NCBI RefSeq assembly: GCF_963853765.1
Contig: NC_088854.1
Coordinates: forward strand, 1,054,001 to 1,118,000
Length of the DNA: 64,000 nucleotides
Source of the DNA: Magallana gigas
Lineage: Eukaryota
Direction of reading: 5' to 3'
Part shown: positions 53,201-64,000 of the stretch, in pieces
Position numbering within the stretch: position 1 is the stretch's first letter
How the letters are laid out: each line of letters begins with the position of its first letter
Position numbers and translations under genes: made by a program
The notes under the pieces: generated by a model
Told to the model about the DNA's origin: nothing
Databases searched by the model: none
Seen by the model: the letters and a program-made list of their open reading frames with translations, nothing else

Positions 53201-53903
53201 TGTACAACATATTATCTCATAATAGAGACTTAGAACTTCGTACGTACAACTTAAGTTAATATCTCCTATGTACGACTTCATTAAAAGATCATTTTAACTG
53301 GCAGCAATACGCTTCCGTAGTTCCGTCAGATTGAATGACGTACAATCATTTTTAAAAATATGTTACAAAAATATTTTATTTCATTTTTCATAAGGTAAAT
53401 TCCATTCAGTCTTTGATAATCATTTTACATTTCTGTCAATTTCCAGGTAATAAGAAAAAGAATCATAAACATTAAAATATTATTCATTCAAAAGATCTTC
53501 AATGATTAATATGTGTATTTTTTAAATGAATTCGAAAAGAAAAGGGGCAATAAATGATTACCTTTTCATGATACAGTTTCATCTTAAAGTCTCGGAATCT
53601 GTAATATTTAAGGTGAGTTTTGTCCTTAACCATCTTCGCGTAAAAATCCTCTGCTTTATAACCAAAAGAGTTGAACGATTTGTCTTCATTCAGCATCACA
53701 ACGGTCGGGCACTTGGCCTTTTTATCATGGGTAAAATTTCCACTCCATTCGTTTAGATTGATGTCTTCTCTCTTTATCTCTTTTTTGTCGCTGTAAGCAT
53801 ACCCCGAGTAGCTAGTTCCTACATCTAAGGCTACAACTATATCACATTTGTATCTCGAAAGATGGTCTGATGTCTGATCTGTGGGTTTTTCTTGATCCGC
53901 CAT
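50257..53903 (-). CDS. HSPA12: HSPA12-like atypical HSP70, copy D (~581 aa)
   Basis: Exons 53903-53562, 52111-51890, 51755-51620, 51302-50257; same motifs and phases. Confidence 0.92.
52300..53322. repeat. Opposed arrays of ~21-bp repeats (TATCTCGTACGTACGACATAT / reverse complement) in intron 1 of copy D; probable MITE remnant
   Basis: ACGAGATAA/AAGTCGT orientation at 52300-52830 and TTATCTCGT/ACGACTT orientation at 52870-53280. Confidence 0.7.
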
Positions 53904-54073
53904 CTTACTGTTCGTGAAATTATTTTCACGCCTTATTTTTCATTTACTGAAAAATAAGATTAAATGAAAAAAGATTGATATATCATCAAACTGTATGTAA
54001 ATGAATGTAACTACAAATGGCAACTTATTAGGAGCTAGTAGCATTATCTATAACAGAGAGTAGAATTTCTGTT

Positions 54074-54085
54074 GAAAACGAAAGT
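54074..54085. promoter_or_regulatory. ISRE/IRF-E-like motif upstream of HSPA12 copy D
   Basis: GAAAACGAAAGT, identical to the copy B motif, ~170 bp upstream of the ATG and preceded by a degenerate AGAATTTCT. Confidence 0.5.
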
Positions 54086-54548
54086 AAAAACATAATAAAG
54101 TTTTATTACAAATATATACGATTTTAAGTTTGTTTTGCATTACAAAGAAGAAATGAATATAGGATATATTAAGTAATAAGTACTTTTCTGACTATTTAAT
54201 TTTATTTCAGAAGCAAAGGTTATCATTCATTATATCTATATATATTATCATTCATTTGATGAGGTCAACTCCTAGCGGAAGAAAAAAATTATTACAACTT
54301 CATGAAGCGTCATTTTACAGCAATTGTTGATTTATGCGTTTAATATTTTAGATATGCTCCTTTTTCTTGTTTTTATTACTTTACAATATCACACCTGTTT
54401 GTATAACCACATTCCTTTCTACTTTCGAATTCACTTACCTGGACTTGTTCTCTCTAATATCACACTTTATTGATTTGGCAAAGGTCCAGTTTTTAGTCAT
54501 ATATACGATTTTAAAGTTCTGTAAAAGGCCAATGATGACCAAATTAGA

Positions 54549-55981
54549 TATCACAAAATGTTCCAAATATGAACTCAACTTTAAATTGCTTGAAAAAGAT
54601 AGTAGTGGCTGCTCTATTTTTATCTTATCAATGTTTTTAGTACTGCACAGAGCGCATGTCATGGCCTTATTTATTTACAGTAAACATAGTCAGCCTATTT
54701 TAGCGGCGAACCTGCTGTTTCTGTTTAATGGTAGAAGTTTGTTATTTGTACCAAAAGGCAATGCAGAGACAAAAGGCACAGATGGTTAAATAGAAAATAT
54801 ACATGTGTTTTTTACATTCAATTTTCTTTGTTGTGACAAGGTGATGTTCACAAACATATTTATGAACATAAAAGGTTTATGGATAATGATCTTCTTTATT
54901 TAATTTGTATTTCGCGCCTTTTGTGTATGACTTAGTATTATTTACATTGTCTGCGCATGCGCTAGGAGATAGCGTCATTCGCCGTTGTTTTTATTCTGTA
55001 AAGGAGATCGGAGCAAGCCTTAGTGTGGTTTTTTGGTGTTTTTGCGAGCTTTAATTGATACCATACAGTACGATTGTCGTAGCAGAGGGAACATGTGACC
55101 TGAGGATACAAACTGATTGAAGACTCAGGTAATAATTCAGGAAAATCATTGTGTTTTTCATCGAATGGTGCTTCGATCGTCCGACTTTGGTGTAAATTCA
55201 AATCCGAGATCTATATTCGGACATTGAATTTCTCGGGGAATTAACTGTGAATTACATTTGGCGATTCTTATAACATTTCTAGTGATTGTATAGTTTAGGA
55301 CTAAGCCTTATTTGCTTTCAAACTCTATAAACTGGACTGTGAAGCAGAATCTCACAATGTAAACAAGAGATCACGTGACCAACAATGACACAATGACGAC
55401 GCTATGCATTGGCAGTTCACACGTACGGAGATTTCATCAATTCATAGGAACCCACCGATCTTCATCAGAAGTATTTAATATCGAACTACTACCTCAAGTT
55501 AGTTTCTTTGGAATTGGTGGAGCGAAAGTCAGTAGCCCGCGCCATCTGCAGGAGTTCGGTTGTGAAATTCAACGTATCAAACCCGTCCACCTGATAGTTC
55601 ACTTCGGTGGTAATGATCTTGACAGTGTAGAATATAGTGTGGACATTACTATTCATGGCTTAATAGCGTGGTTATCACAAAATGTTCCAAATATGAACTC
55701 AACTTTAAATTGCTTGAAAAAGATAGTAGTGGCTGCTCTATTTTTATCTTATCAATGTTTTTAGTACTGCACAGAGCGCATGTCATGGCCTTATTTATTT
55801 ACAGTAAACATAGTCAGCCTATTTTAGCGGCGAACCTGCTGTTTCTGTTTAATGGTAGAAGTTTGTTATTTGTACCAAAAGGCAATGCAGAGACAAAAGG
55901 CACAGATGGTTAAATAGAAAATATACATGTGTTTTTTACATTCAATTTTCTTTGTTGTGACAAGGTGATGTTCACAAACAT
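54549..55981 (+). mobile_element. Two identical 309-bp direct repeats (54549-54857, 55673-55981) enclosing an SGNH/GDSL-hydrolase-like ORF fragment; probable TE-derived structure
   Basis: No mismatch seen between the repeats by eye. ORF 55375-55680 has IGSSHVRR, GIGG and HFGGNDL blocks typical of SGNH folds and is truncated where it enters repeat 2. Confidence 0.6.
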
Positions 55982-56947
55982 GGACCGCCTATTGGATATC
56001 ATTCACCACGTGACCTGTAACCATTACGATTCCGTCATGTCTAGGGTGAAACTATGATAAAGTATTTATTGCAACAGGTTCAGTAATCGGCAATTTTAAA
56101 ACATACCTAAGAAAATCAAAGGTCTGGGTACCATTAGGCAGACTTTTCATTGTAATTTGACTTTAAAAGGTAGTAAAAACACAGTTTTGGTTAAAAAGAC
56201 AAGAGATAAGGGAATTTCATTAAAAAAGGGTAAAATTGGCCATTTTCAGCAGTCTAAGTCTTTCTATATTCAAATAGTTATTTTTTCCCGGTAAGTACAT
56301 AAAGAATTGTTTGTGAGTTTCAGATTCAACCATACAATGTAAGGTCATCTGTTTGATAATCCAGAACTTACATTGTATTCCCAAGAGTCATGTGTTTCAC
56401 GTCTATTAAATGAATGCAGAAAAAATTGAGGCTTTTTTATAATAGTATAATTATTATCAGCAGTCTTGCATACTTAATCATTAATCATAATCATTTATTA
56501 CAGATTAACCTATAAAGATAAAGAAGCTATGTAAAAATAGATTTTTTTACGGTTAAATGTTTAAAATATATTACTACTTTCGATAAGTCATTTTTTCTCA
56601 AAATTGTTTATACAAACACATATAAACTTACAAATATGATTTATTCTAGAGCAGTTGTTCCTATTGGCTACAGTAACAAAGTAAAACCACAAAATATTGC
56701 ATCACTCAGTATTATTCAAAACCGAGTTAAACTTATAAATACCAATTTTTGCTGTATCAATTTACTTTTCTTTCATTGTATCCAACGTAAATTCTTAACT
56801 GTCAAACTCTGTATGTACATGGTTGGCTGCCAAGTGGAAGTAATAACTCAAATAGAGGTAGTAGTAATTGTACAGTAGTTGTAGCAAAGAGTATTAAAAG
56901 TAGTAATTGAACTCCAATAACCTGACAGTTATTATAAGTTTGCTGTA

Positions 56948-58101
56948 TCACAGAAAATCAAATTCAACTTTAACAGTCACATTATTAGTAATATCAAAGT
57001 CTTCTATTTTGATTTCAGTTTGTCCAAAGTAAACTTTAGTTTTGAATTCTACAAGGTTTGACCACCCTTCTTTAGGGGCATGACTTATGATTTTCCCTAA
57101 GGACTTAATGCCTTCCTCAGTAACATACACAGTTCTATCTCGGGGGATGTTTTTCCCAGCAAACAGTTCCTTCCTTATTGGAATATGCTTCCTATCAGCT
57201 TGTCTGTGACTGCTTTTGGAGGTGGCAAATTTTGGATCATCGAATTTGACTTTTTCTCCCTCGTATACTAGAACATCAAACACATCCTTGCAGACAACTT
57301 CACCATCAACCTTATCTCGCTTGTCCGCCCGATGTATGGATTCATCGAAGTCTTGCAGAACACCGAACCCGAAGGTATACCGACAGATCCTGTACCGAAC
57401 ATCTTCTGGGTTGTACCCAAACAACACTGCTCCTTGAAGCACGGCAAGACCAGGTTCTTTTGGGCAACAAATATCGATGCCGGAAATGTCACTGTGGCTC
57501 TTAAGTTGATCGTAAAGATATCGAGAACTGGAGAACCCCCCGACCAGGATGATTTGGTCCAATCGCCCCACCTCATTCAAAATGTCTTTTATCAGCGATA
57601 TAATTCGGTTTTTGGGATTCTCAAAGAATTCCTTAAATTTAGGATACTGAACGTATATATGGTCGAACGTTATTGATGACGTCACAGGCACCTTCCCGAC
57701 CTGTTGTAACCGCGCGGGTAACTTCAGACGAATGTCGGCAGCCTTGTTGCTGATCTGTCTTTTCTGCATTTCGAACTCCCTCTCTAAATCATAGGCGTCC
57801 CTTGGAGATAAATTCCATAGCTCTTTTAAACACGTTTCGCTGTTGAATATATTTTGAATATATCTTTCAAACTCGCGATCTACCATCGTTCCGCCCCAAT
57901 CACCTCCAGACGCTTTATAAACTTCCGCCAGGCCGCCATCTTCTAACACGTCATGCACAACAACATCGACTGTTCCACCTTTAAAAAGACACATAATACA
58001 AATATCACTTATATCTTGTGTCGCTCCCAATAGAGGTATTCTCACACAACAAAATAAATAATGTACACTAATTATGCGGAAACAAATTGTGTCAATGTTA
58101 T

Positions 58102-58140
<39 letters not shown>

Positions 58141-59279
58141 TCACCGCCCAGATCCAGCACCATGTACCGTTTGTATGGTTTGAACGTGTCCGTCAATGTT
58201 TGTTCCGGAAGTGATTTACAGTACATTGCGGCAGCTTCCGGTTCCAAAGCAATCAGAAGCTGGGCCTCTGGAATTCCGGCCTATCAGAATTTTTTACCGT
58301 TCATAGTGATACTTATAATATTTCAGGAGATCGAGGAGTATAGATAATACAAAGGCAAGAATTATTTAAAGTTACCATATCTGTGCTTTCATGTGTATAG
58401 ATCGAATCAATGTTTAAAAACTAATCTTGTTTTTGGCACAATTTTGTCATTTGTTCTTCCCTACTCGAGTACGGTTTTGACACAAGAATCATGATATAAA
58501 AATTGGACACATCCATTTAATTCATATAGAGTATGTATAAATTTTAGCTCAATCGTCAGACATAAGGTTATTAATATGAATTCTTAACCAGAGATGCAAG
58601 TTTTATTTTTTATAACATGTACCTGCATTGCAGCTTCCTTCATTAAAAGTTTTGCCGACTGTTTCCAAATTGCGGGAACTGTGACGACATAGAGAACATT
58701 GCCCGAATCAAACTGCAGCGCCCTCTCCCTGACGGTGTTCTCAAAGTGGGATTTGAGGGATTTGATGGTCTGAGAAAACACCTCTGACGCAAGCAAGGAC
58801 GCTCTTCCAGAGTCATCCGAAATTTTCAAATCTCGGTGTACATTCTGTAAAAGAGATATACAAAATAATCGGACTGTCACTCAAGCGAAATGTTTAAACA
58901 TGGACTGAACGAACTAAATCATACTAACCTTTTCCCGGTATAAAACCATTTTAAAATTTTTGAATCTATACCAATCGTCGTTTTTCTTCTCACAGACTTG
59001 AGTAGCGTAGAAATCCTCTGCTTCATAACCAAACGAATGAAATCTCATGTTTTTGTCGAACAGCACAGTCGTTGGGGCTTTAGCCTTAGGGTCCGACACC
59101 ATATTCCCCGTCCATTGGTTGAAGGAGACAGACTTGAGGTCCATTTCTTTTCTGTCGCTGTAGGCGTACCCCGAGTAGCTGGTCCCGATGTCAAAGGCCG
59201 CCACTATGTCCCACGTGTGTCGGGGGGACCGCTCGGACACCTGTATCGGGTACTTTACTTCCGTTTTCTCTGTGCCCAT
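56948..59279 (-). CDS. HSPA12: HSPA12-like atypical HSP70, copy E (~579 aa), the most divergent copy
   Basis: Exons 59279-58929, 58844-58623, 58280-58145, 57978-56948. Motifs AAFDIGTSYSG, TVPAIWKQSAK, IALEPEAAAMYC, VLDLGGGTVD, ILVGGFSSS. Confidence 0.92.
58103..58137. repeat. (CT)n microsatellite in intron 3 of copy E
   Basis: Direct reading. Confidence 0.95.
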
Positions 59280-60472
59280 ATTCACTTGAAGAAAATTCGC
59301 GTCTAGGAAAACACAAACAAAGTTGGTGTATTTGTGTTGTTATCCGGTCAAACCAGCTACAGTTTTATTGGAGTTATAAAACTGATGACGTCCATTTCTT
59401 ACACATGATCGAAATGTTTATATCGAGAAAGAAAATAAATCAAATGTGAAGCTGTCTTGTCACAAAAAATATGTATAAAAATACAAGCATTAACAGTTAA
59501 GACACAGTTATTTTTTAGAAGAAATACTTACATAAGAGACCAGACAATTCCCGAGCCCTTTACGTTTTTGAGTATCTGTTTGTAAACATTCGATACTTTC
59601 TGCGGCAGGTTCTGACAGACCGATCTACAGGCGCCTATTTAAAACACCTTATTATGTAGGTCACAAGAGTCCCAATATATGTCGATATATATCTATCCCT
59701 GGGTATTGATCAGATTCCTGTATTTACGTGAAGATGTGCCTGCTAGAATCGACAAAATGTGCGTACTCTTTGTTCGAGTCCGTGACCCTTTTAAATTAAA
59801 ACGGTTAAAAACCAACTCGGTTGAATTACTTTTCTGATGAAGGCGTGCACTTCTTAGTATAGACCTTGAGTTCACGAGGCATATCTTTTTTTTTTTAAAG
59901 ATGTTGGATGTTTAAGAAAAAAGGAGATTTAAATCCATATCTTCAAATTTGACTTTATTTATCACATAAGAATGAAAGAAATAATATTAAAGCATTTTTG
60001 AAAGTTATATTTTTTTCAATTCATATCAAGCACTTTCAATATTTAAAAAACATTGCTATGCTGTTCCGAGCTATCTACATAGAAATAAATAATACACTCT
60101 GAAATAGATCATAGGGCGCGGTCCAAAACAGAAAAATCAACCCTAGGTGCCAGATCAAACATGTAATCTTGTTTGTATCGTATGCGATACACATAACTAA
60201 TACTCAAAGAAGATGTTACCGGTATTGTTATACACATTTTTAGGAATGAATTCGTCTCTAGAATTGAAAGGTTGTAACAGTTGCAGAACTTTGTTCAAAT
60301 TGTTACTCTGTGTTGTCAGCTAAATGTATCCATTTTGTTTTACAATGTAACAGACGGTTTGGATCTGCTGAGGGATCAGACGATATGGTAGCAGAAAAAC
60401 TGCCCAATAACTTATTCCATCTGTTTTAATGCGGATTTATCACGTTTTTAGCGATAACAATTCTTTTGCCGG

Positions 60473-63156
60473 TGTAACGAAGAATATTGACCCGGGTTGA
60501 AAATTGACCCGGGGGTCATTTTTCAACGTTGAATATTGACCCGGGGGGTCATTTTTCAACGTTGAAAATTGAGACCAAAATCGTGAAATTTATACCCGGG
60601 GTCATTTTTCAACGGTATGAGAAAGATTTTTCTAAACTCTGATGACCTCGACCCGTTGAAAATTGATCCTGTTGAGAATTGACCCAAACTTCAGAGTTTT
60701 GATCTGATCTGGAACTTACTCTACACGGTTTAAATGTACAATCATGCACATATTAAAATGTACATACATGTACTGTCCGATACATATGCGGACGTGGCTA
60801 ATTTCTTTTAGGCTGATATGTTCAATTAATCATTTAGTTTTTAGATTGAAAATATGATATCCATTTATCATTACAATACTATGTAAATAAAGCTAAGAAG
60901 ATGATCGTTTGCTTCGGAATGGAGCAGGCGAGTAGGGCTAGAATACTTTTTTACATAGGTGACATGGTTTTCATTCCCTCATGTGACAGAATTCAAAGTT
61001 TAAACTTGTCACAATCTCTGATAAACATATCTAACAAACATCTTGCCCGTTATCGTCACTTTTAAGGCAATTCAACCTCTATTCGACAGGCACCTGGCGT
61101 TGTATATTTTTCTAATAATTGAAAATATATAACCTCTATACTGCTTTATTGGGTAAAGGGTATATATATTTAAATCAAGACAAAAGGATATACTGTCAGA
61201 CACCTATGCTTAATTTGAAGAAGTCAGAATATTTCACTGACAAAATAATAAATGAATGGTTGTCATATTTTTATCCTTTTTCATATATACTGGTTTTTTA
61301 TACGTATATATACAGCATATATATATTTACACATGTTTTTAATTTTTTACGACTTAAAAATAATTTTTAATAAACTTGTATGATTAACTTTATTGAAGCA
61401 CCATCCAATTTTCTGCATAAAGAGTCATAGTTCTTTTTAAAAATGCAATTTATTTCTATTATTTTGAGTTTTCAATTCTATTATTTACCAGTAAATTAGA
61501 TAGGCAACTGACGTAATATATTTTCTCGAAATTAAAAACATATACCCTCTACAGCAAAAATGGTATTAATTTTAAAAAAGTAGGTTTGTATCTAAATATA
61601 CAGTCGGAGGATGGTTGATCTAATTATATTAATGGCATATACATGAAAAGGTATGCGAAAAGTATACAACTGATAGATATGTTGTTTGGAGCAGCTGTAT
61701 CAAGGACAAATCCGCTTCATTGCTTAAACATGTACAAATTGAAGCAACCAGGACAATGACAGGGATCAGAGTAAATTCTTCTAAACTAATTTTATATAGT
61801 GAGCTTAATTTGGAAACCTTGCAATCTCGAAGGAATAACCATAAACTAATTAAATTTTTTTGTGATATGTTTGTTAATATAGGTGTGAGTGAACATGTCT
61901 ACCAACAATATGTCATACAATCATATATGATAAATATTCAGATAATTATTTAATATTCAAGTACCTCATGTCTTATATACACATAATATACACATTTAAC
62001 ACGTTTAAATTAAATTTATAAAGTAGGTGGCTGTGATAGCAAGGCCAATCATCTACTCCAACGCTGCTGTGTGATCTTCTCCTACTTATTTCTATTCAAA
62101 ACATGCAATTTACCAATTTATTGACAAAAACAATTACTGTTAGTAAATTTATGATAAATTTTTGTGATCAAAGCAATTTAGAAACTTTAAAGCAAAATTA
62201 TATTGTCATCCTGTACAAAAATTAGGTAGCTAAGTTGCTACAGATTCGATCATGAAGCAGAATTGGTAATGCCAAGAAAAATTAGCGATTTGATGATATT
62301 TAGTTACATCATAAGTTATTCTAACGGAACAAAAAACCCCACCAAAAATCGGCTTTCAAGATACAGTTACTACAGCATCGTTCATGAAAGAGTACATGTT
62401 AGCATATCACCATTTTTGTAAACTGTTATTGGCTGGATGGGTGTGAATACAAAATTCAGATAGTCACAGTTTTAACAAACTGAGTGGGTGCAAACACAAA
62501 AATCTCAATATGACATACTGTAATTTTTTTTTATTTACACCTACTCAGAAAATTTACAATAAACAAGATCAAAGTTTCAATTTTCTGGGTGAACGTAAAA
62601 CCAATAATATGACGTATTGTAATTTTTTTAAAATTATTTATATTTGTACACTTCTCCAGCAAATTAATAAAAAAGAGTTTTACTGAATTGAATAATTTAA
62701 AGTGTAACCATGTATACAAATATTATTAAAAACATATATTTCTTTAAAAATATATAGATATCACACAAAACAACAATTATACGCGAAAAGTTTATTATGA
62801 ATAAAATAGTTATTACATGTACATATTTAAAGGGATACTATGTAAATTCAAAAAATAATTATGTAAGTCTCATTTTAATACCTCACCCCCGTTGAAACAT
62901 GTGAACATGTAAATCTAAAGAATAAATATATAAAAACTGATAATTTTTAATTAAATAAACTCAAGTTATAATATTGATTCGTTAATTTGTGCTTCTTTGC
63001 TATTGAATTTTGAACCGGTTTCATGATCAAAATTCCACGATGCGGGTCAATTTTCAACGGATTAGGGTCTTTATTCAACACCTTTGGTCTCAATATTCAA
63101 CGTGGAAAAATGACCCCCGGGTCAATTTTCAACCCGGGTCAAAATTCTTCGTTACA
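60473..63156. mobile_element. Ginger1-like DNA transposon, non-autonomous/decayed (2684 bp)
   Basis: TGT...ACA termini; TIR of at least 67 bp (TGTAACGAAGAAT(A/T)TTGACCCGGGTTGAAAATTGACCC...); flanking 4-bp CCGG duplication (60469-72, 63157-60), the TSD preference I recall for Ginger1. Confidence 0.75.
61690..61870 (+). mobile_element. Small LINE (CR1/L2-type) C-terminal fragment nested in the Ginger-like element
   Basis: KHVQIEATRTMTGIRVNSSKLILYSELNLETLQSRRNNHKL resembles the post-RT 'LExVQxxAxRxxTG...LYxELxxExLxxRR' segment. Confidence 0.6.
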
Positions 63157-63703
63157 CCGGTAAATTTGTATTATGTTCCAAACGTCATATTTTAACTTAC
63201 CTGGCCTCGACTTGTTAAGGTATGCATTCATTTCTAAAACAATACATTGGTTAGCTTTATATTGACAAATTCTGGCAGGCAATATTTTAAAATTAGAAAT
63301 AGCTTTTTTTCTTTACCTCTGTATTCTCAATTCTACCGTTTGTTTATTGAATTAAGATTGAAAGCGGGTTTTTTTTCTAAATGCTTTTATCGGGATAACT
63401 TACTTTTGCAATAACTATATAACATATCATATTATTATATTTATAACGTGTTACTGTTAAATAAAAACCGCCTTTAAGCATAAGAAGTAAATGTTATATT
63501 TTGAAACAAACCTACATAATAATAATAAAAAAAAAAACCTAAAAAAATGTCCAAAAACAAGTACTATATATATATAACAACTTATTCTTTATCAAAAATG
63601 TTTTTCCTCGGAAAAGAATAATTCAATTTATCCATACTTTGTAACTTTTGAATTATTTAGGGTTAATTTTGGTGGATTATAACTATTTGAAAGGTTCGTT
63701 GGG

Positions 63704-63903
63704 ATGTTATTTCGTTAATTTGATTCTATGTACATGCATGATAAATAGAGATCATGTTATTTCGTTAATTTGATTTCATGTACATGCATGATAAATAAAG
63801 ATTATGTTATTTCGTTAATTTGATTTTATGTACATGCATGATAAATAGAGATCATGTTATTTCGTTAATTGATTCTATGTACATGCATGATGAATAGAGA
63901 TCG
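63704..63903 (+). repeat. 50-bp minisatellite, 4 copies
   Basis: Unit ATGTTATTTCGTTAATTTGATTCTATGTACATGCATGATAAATAGAGATC. Confidence 0.95.
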
Positions 63904-64000
63904 TATTTTATGATTTGTTGGGATTTCCACTGAGCCCCACAAAATAAAGTGGATCAAACGAAAGTGAAGAAAAGACTGGATTAAAATTTTCATTATCATT

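Noticed and set aside
52924-53281. SRTYDI-repeat ORFs
   Set aside because: Translation of 21-bp repeats.
20796-57676. Recurrent plus-strand ORFs opposite HSPA12 exons (e.g. 20796, 31356, 40346, 46877, 50756, 57216)
   Set aside because: Antisense shadows; their mutual similarity follows from the paralogy of the sense genes.
20387-59279. Canonical inducible HSP70 cluster, or bacterial DnaK-like horizontal transfer
   Set aside because: No EEVD or canonical HSP70 signatures; HSPA12-type motifs and three conserved spliceosomal introns per gene.

Overview
Eukaryotic, AT-rich, intron-containing DNA, very likely from an oyster (Crassostrea/Magallana-type): it carries the ~166-bp Cg170-like satellite inside non-autonomous Helentrons. 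From left to right: (1) the 5' end of cystathionine beta-synthase (CBS) on the minus strand, head-to-head with (2) a 15-exon, ~749-aa plus-strand receptor (signal peptide, 3 Ig domains, TM, tyrosine-kinase fold). Its catalytic motifs are destroyed (HRD->YYR, DFG->GFG, Gly-loop->ATGSYC), so it is a receptor pseudokinase, and its exon-intron junctions are repeatedly duplicated. (3) A ~39-kb minus-strand tandem array of five apparently intact 4-exon HSPA12-like (atypical HSP70) genes of ~580 aa (copies A-E), plus three decayed fragments. The array shows gene-conversion tracts, a hypervariable C-terminal strand region, and a conserved NF-kappaB-like + IRF/ISRE-like motif module 150-180 bp upstream of the ATG in copies B, C and (partly) D. 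The array is interspersed with Helentrons, MITEs, a 5'-truncated LINE, an SGNH-like ORF fragment between perfect 309-bp direct repeats, and a Ginger1-like element. All gene models were hand-spliced from GT/AG signals and phase consistency; no searches or alignments were run.
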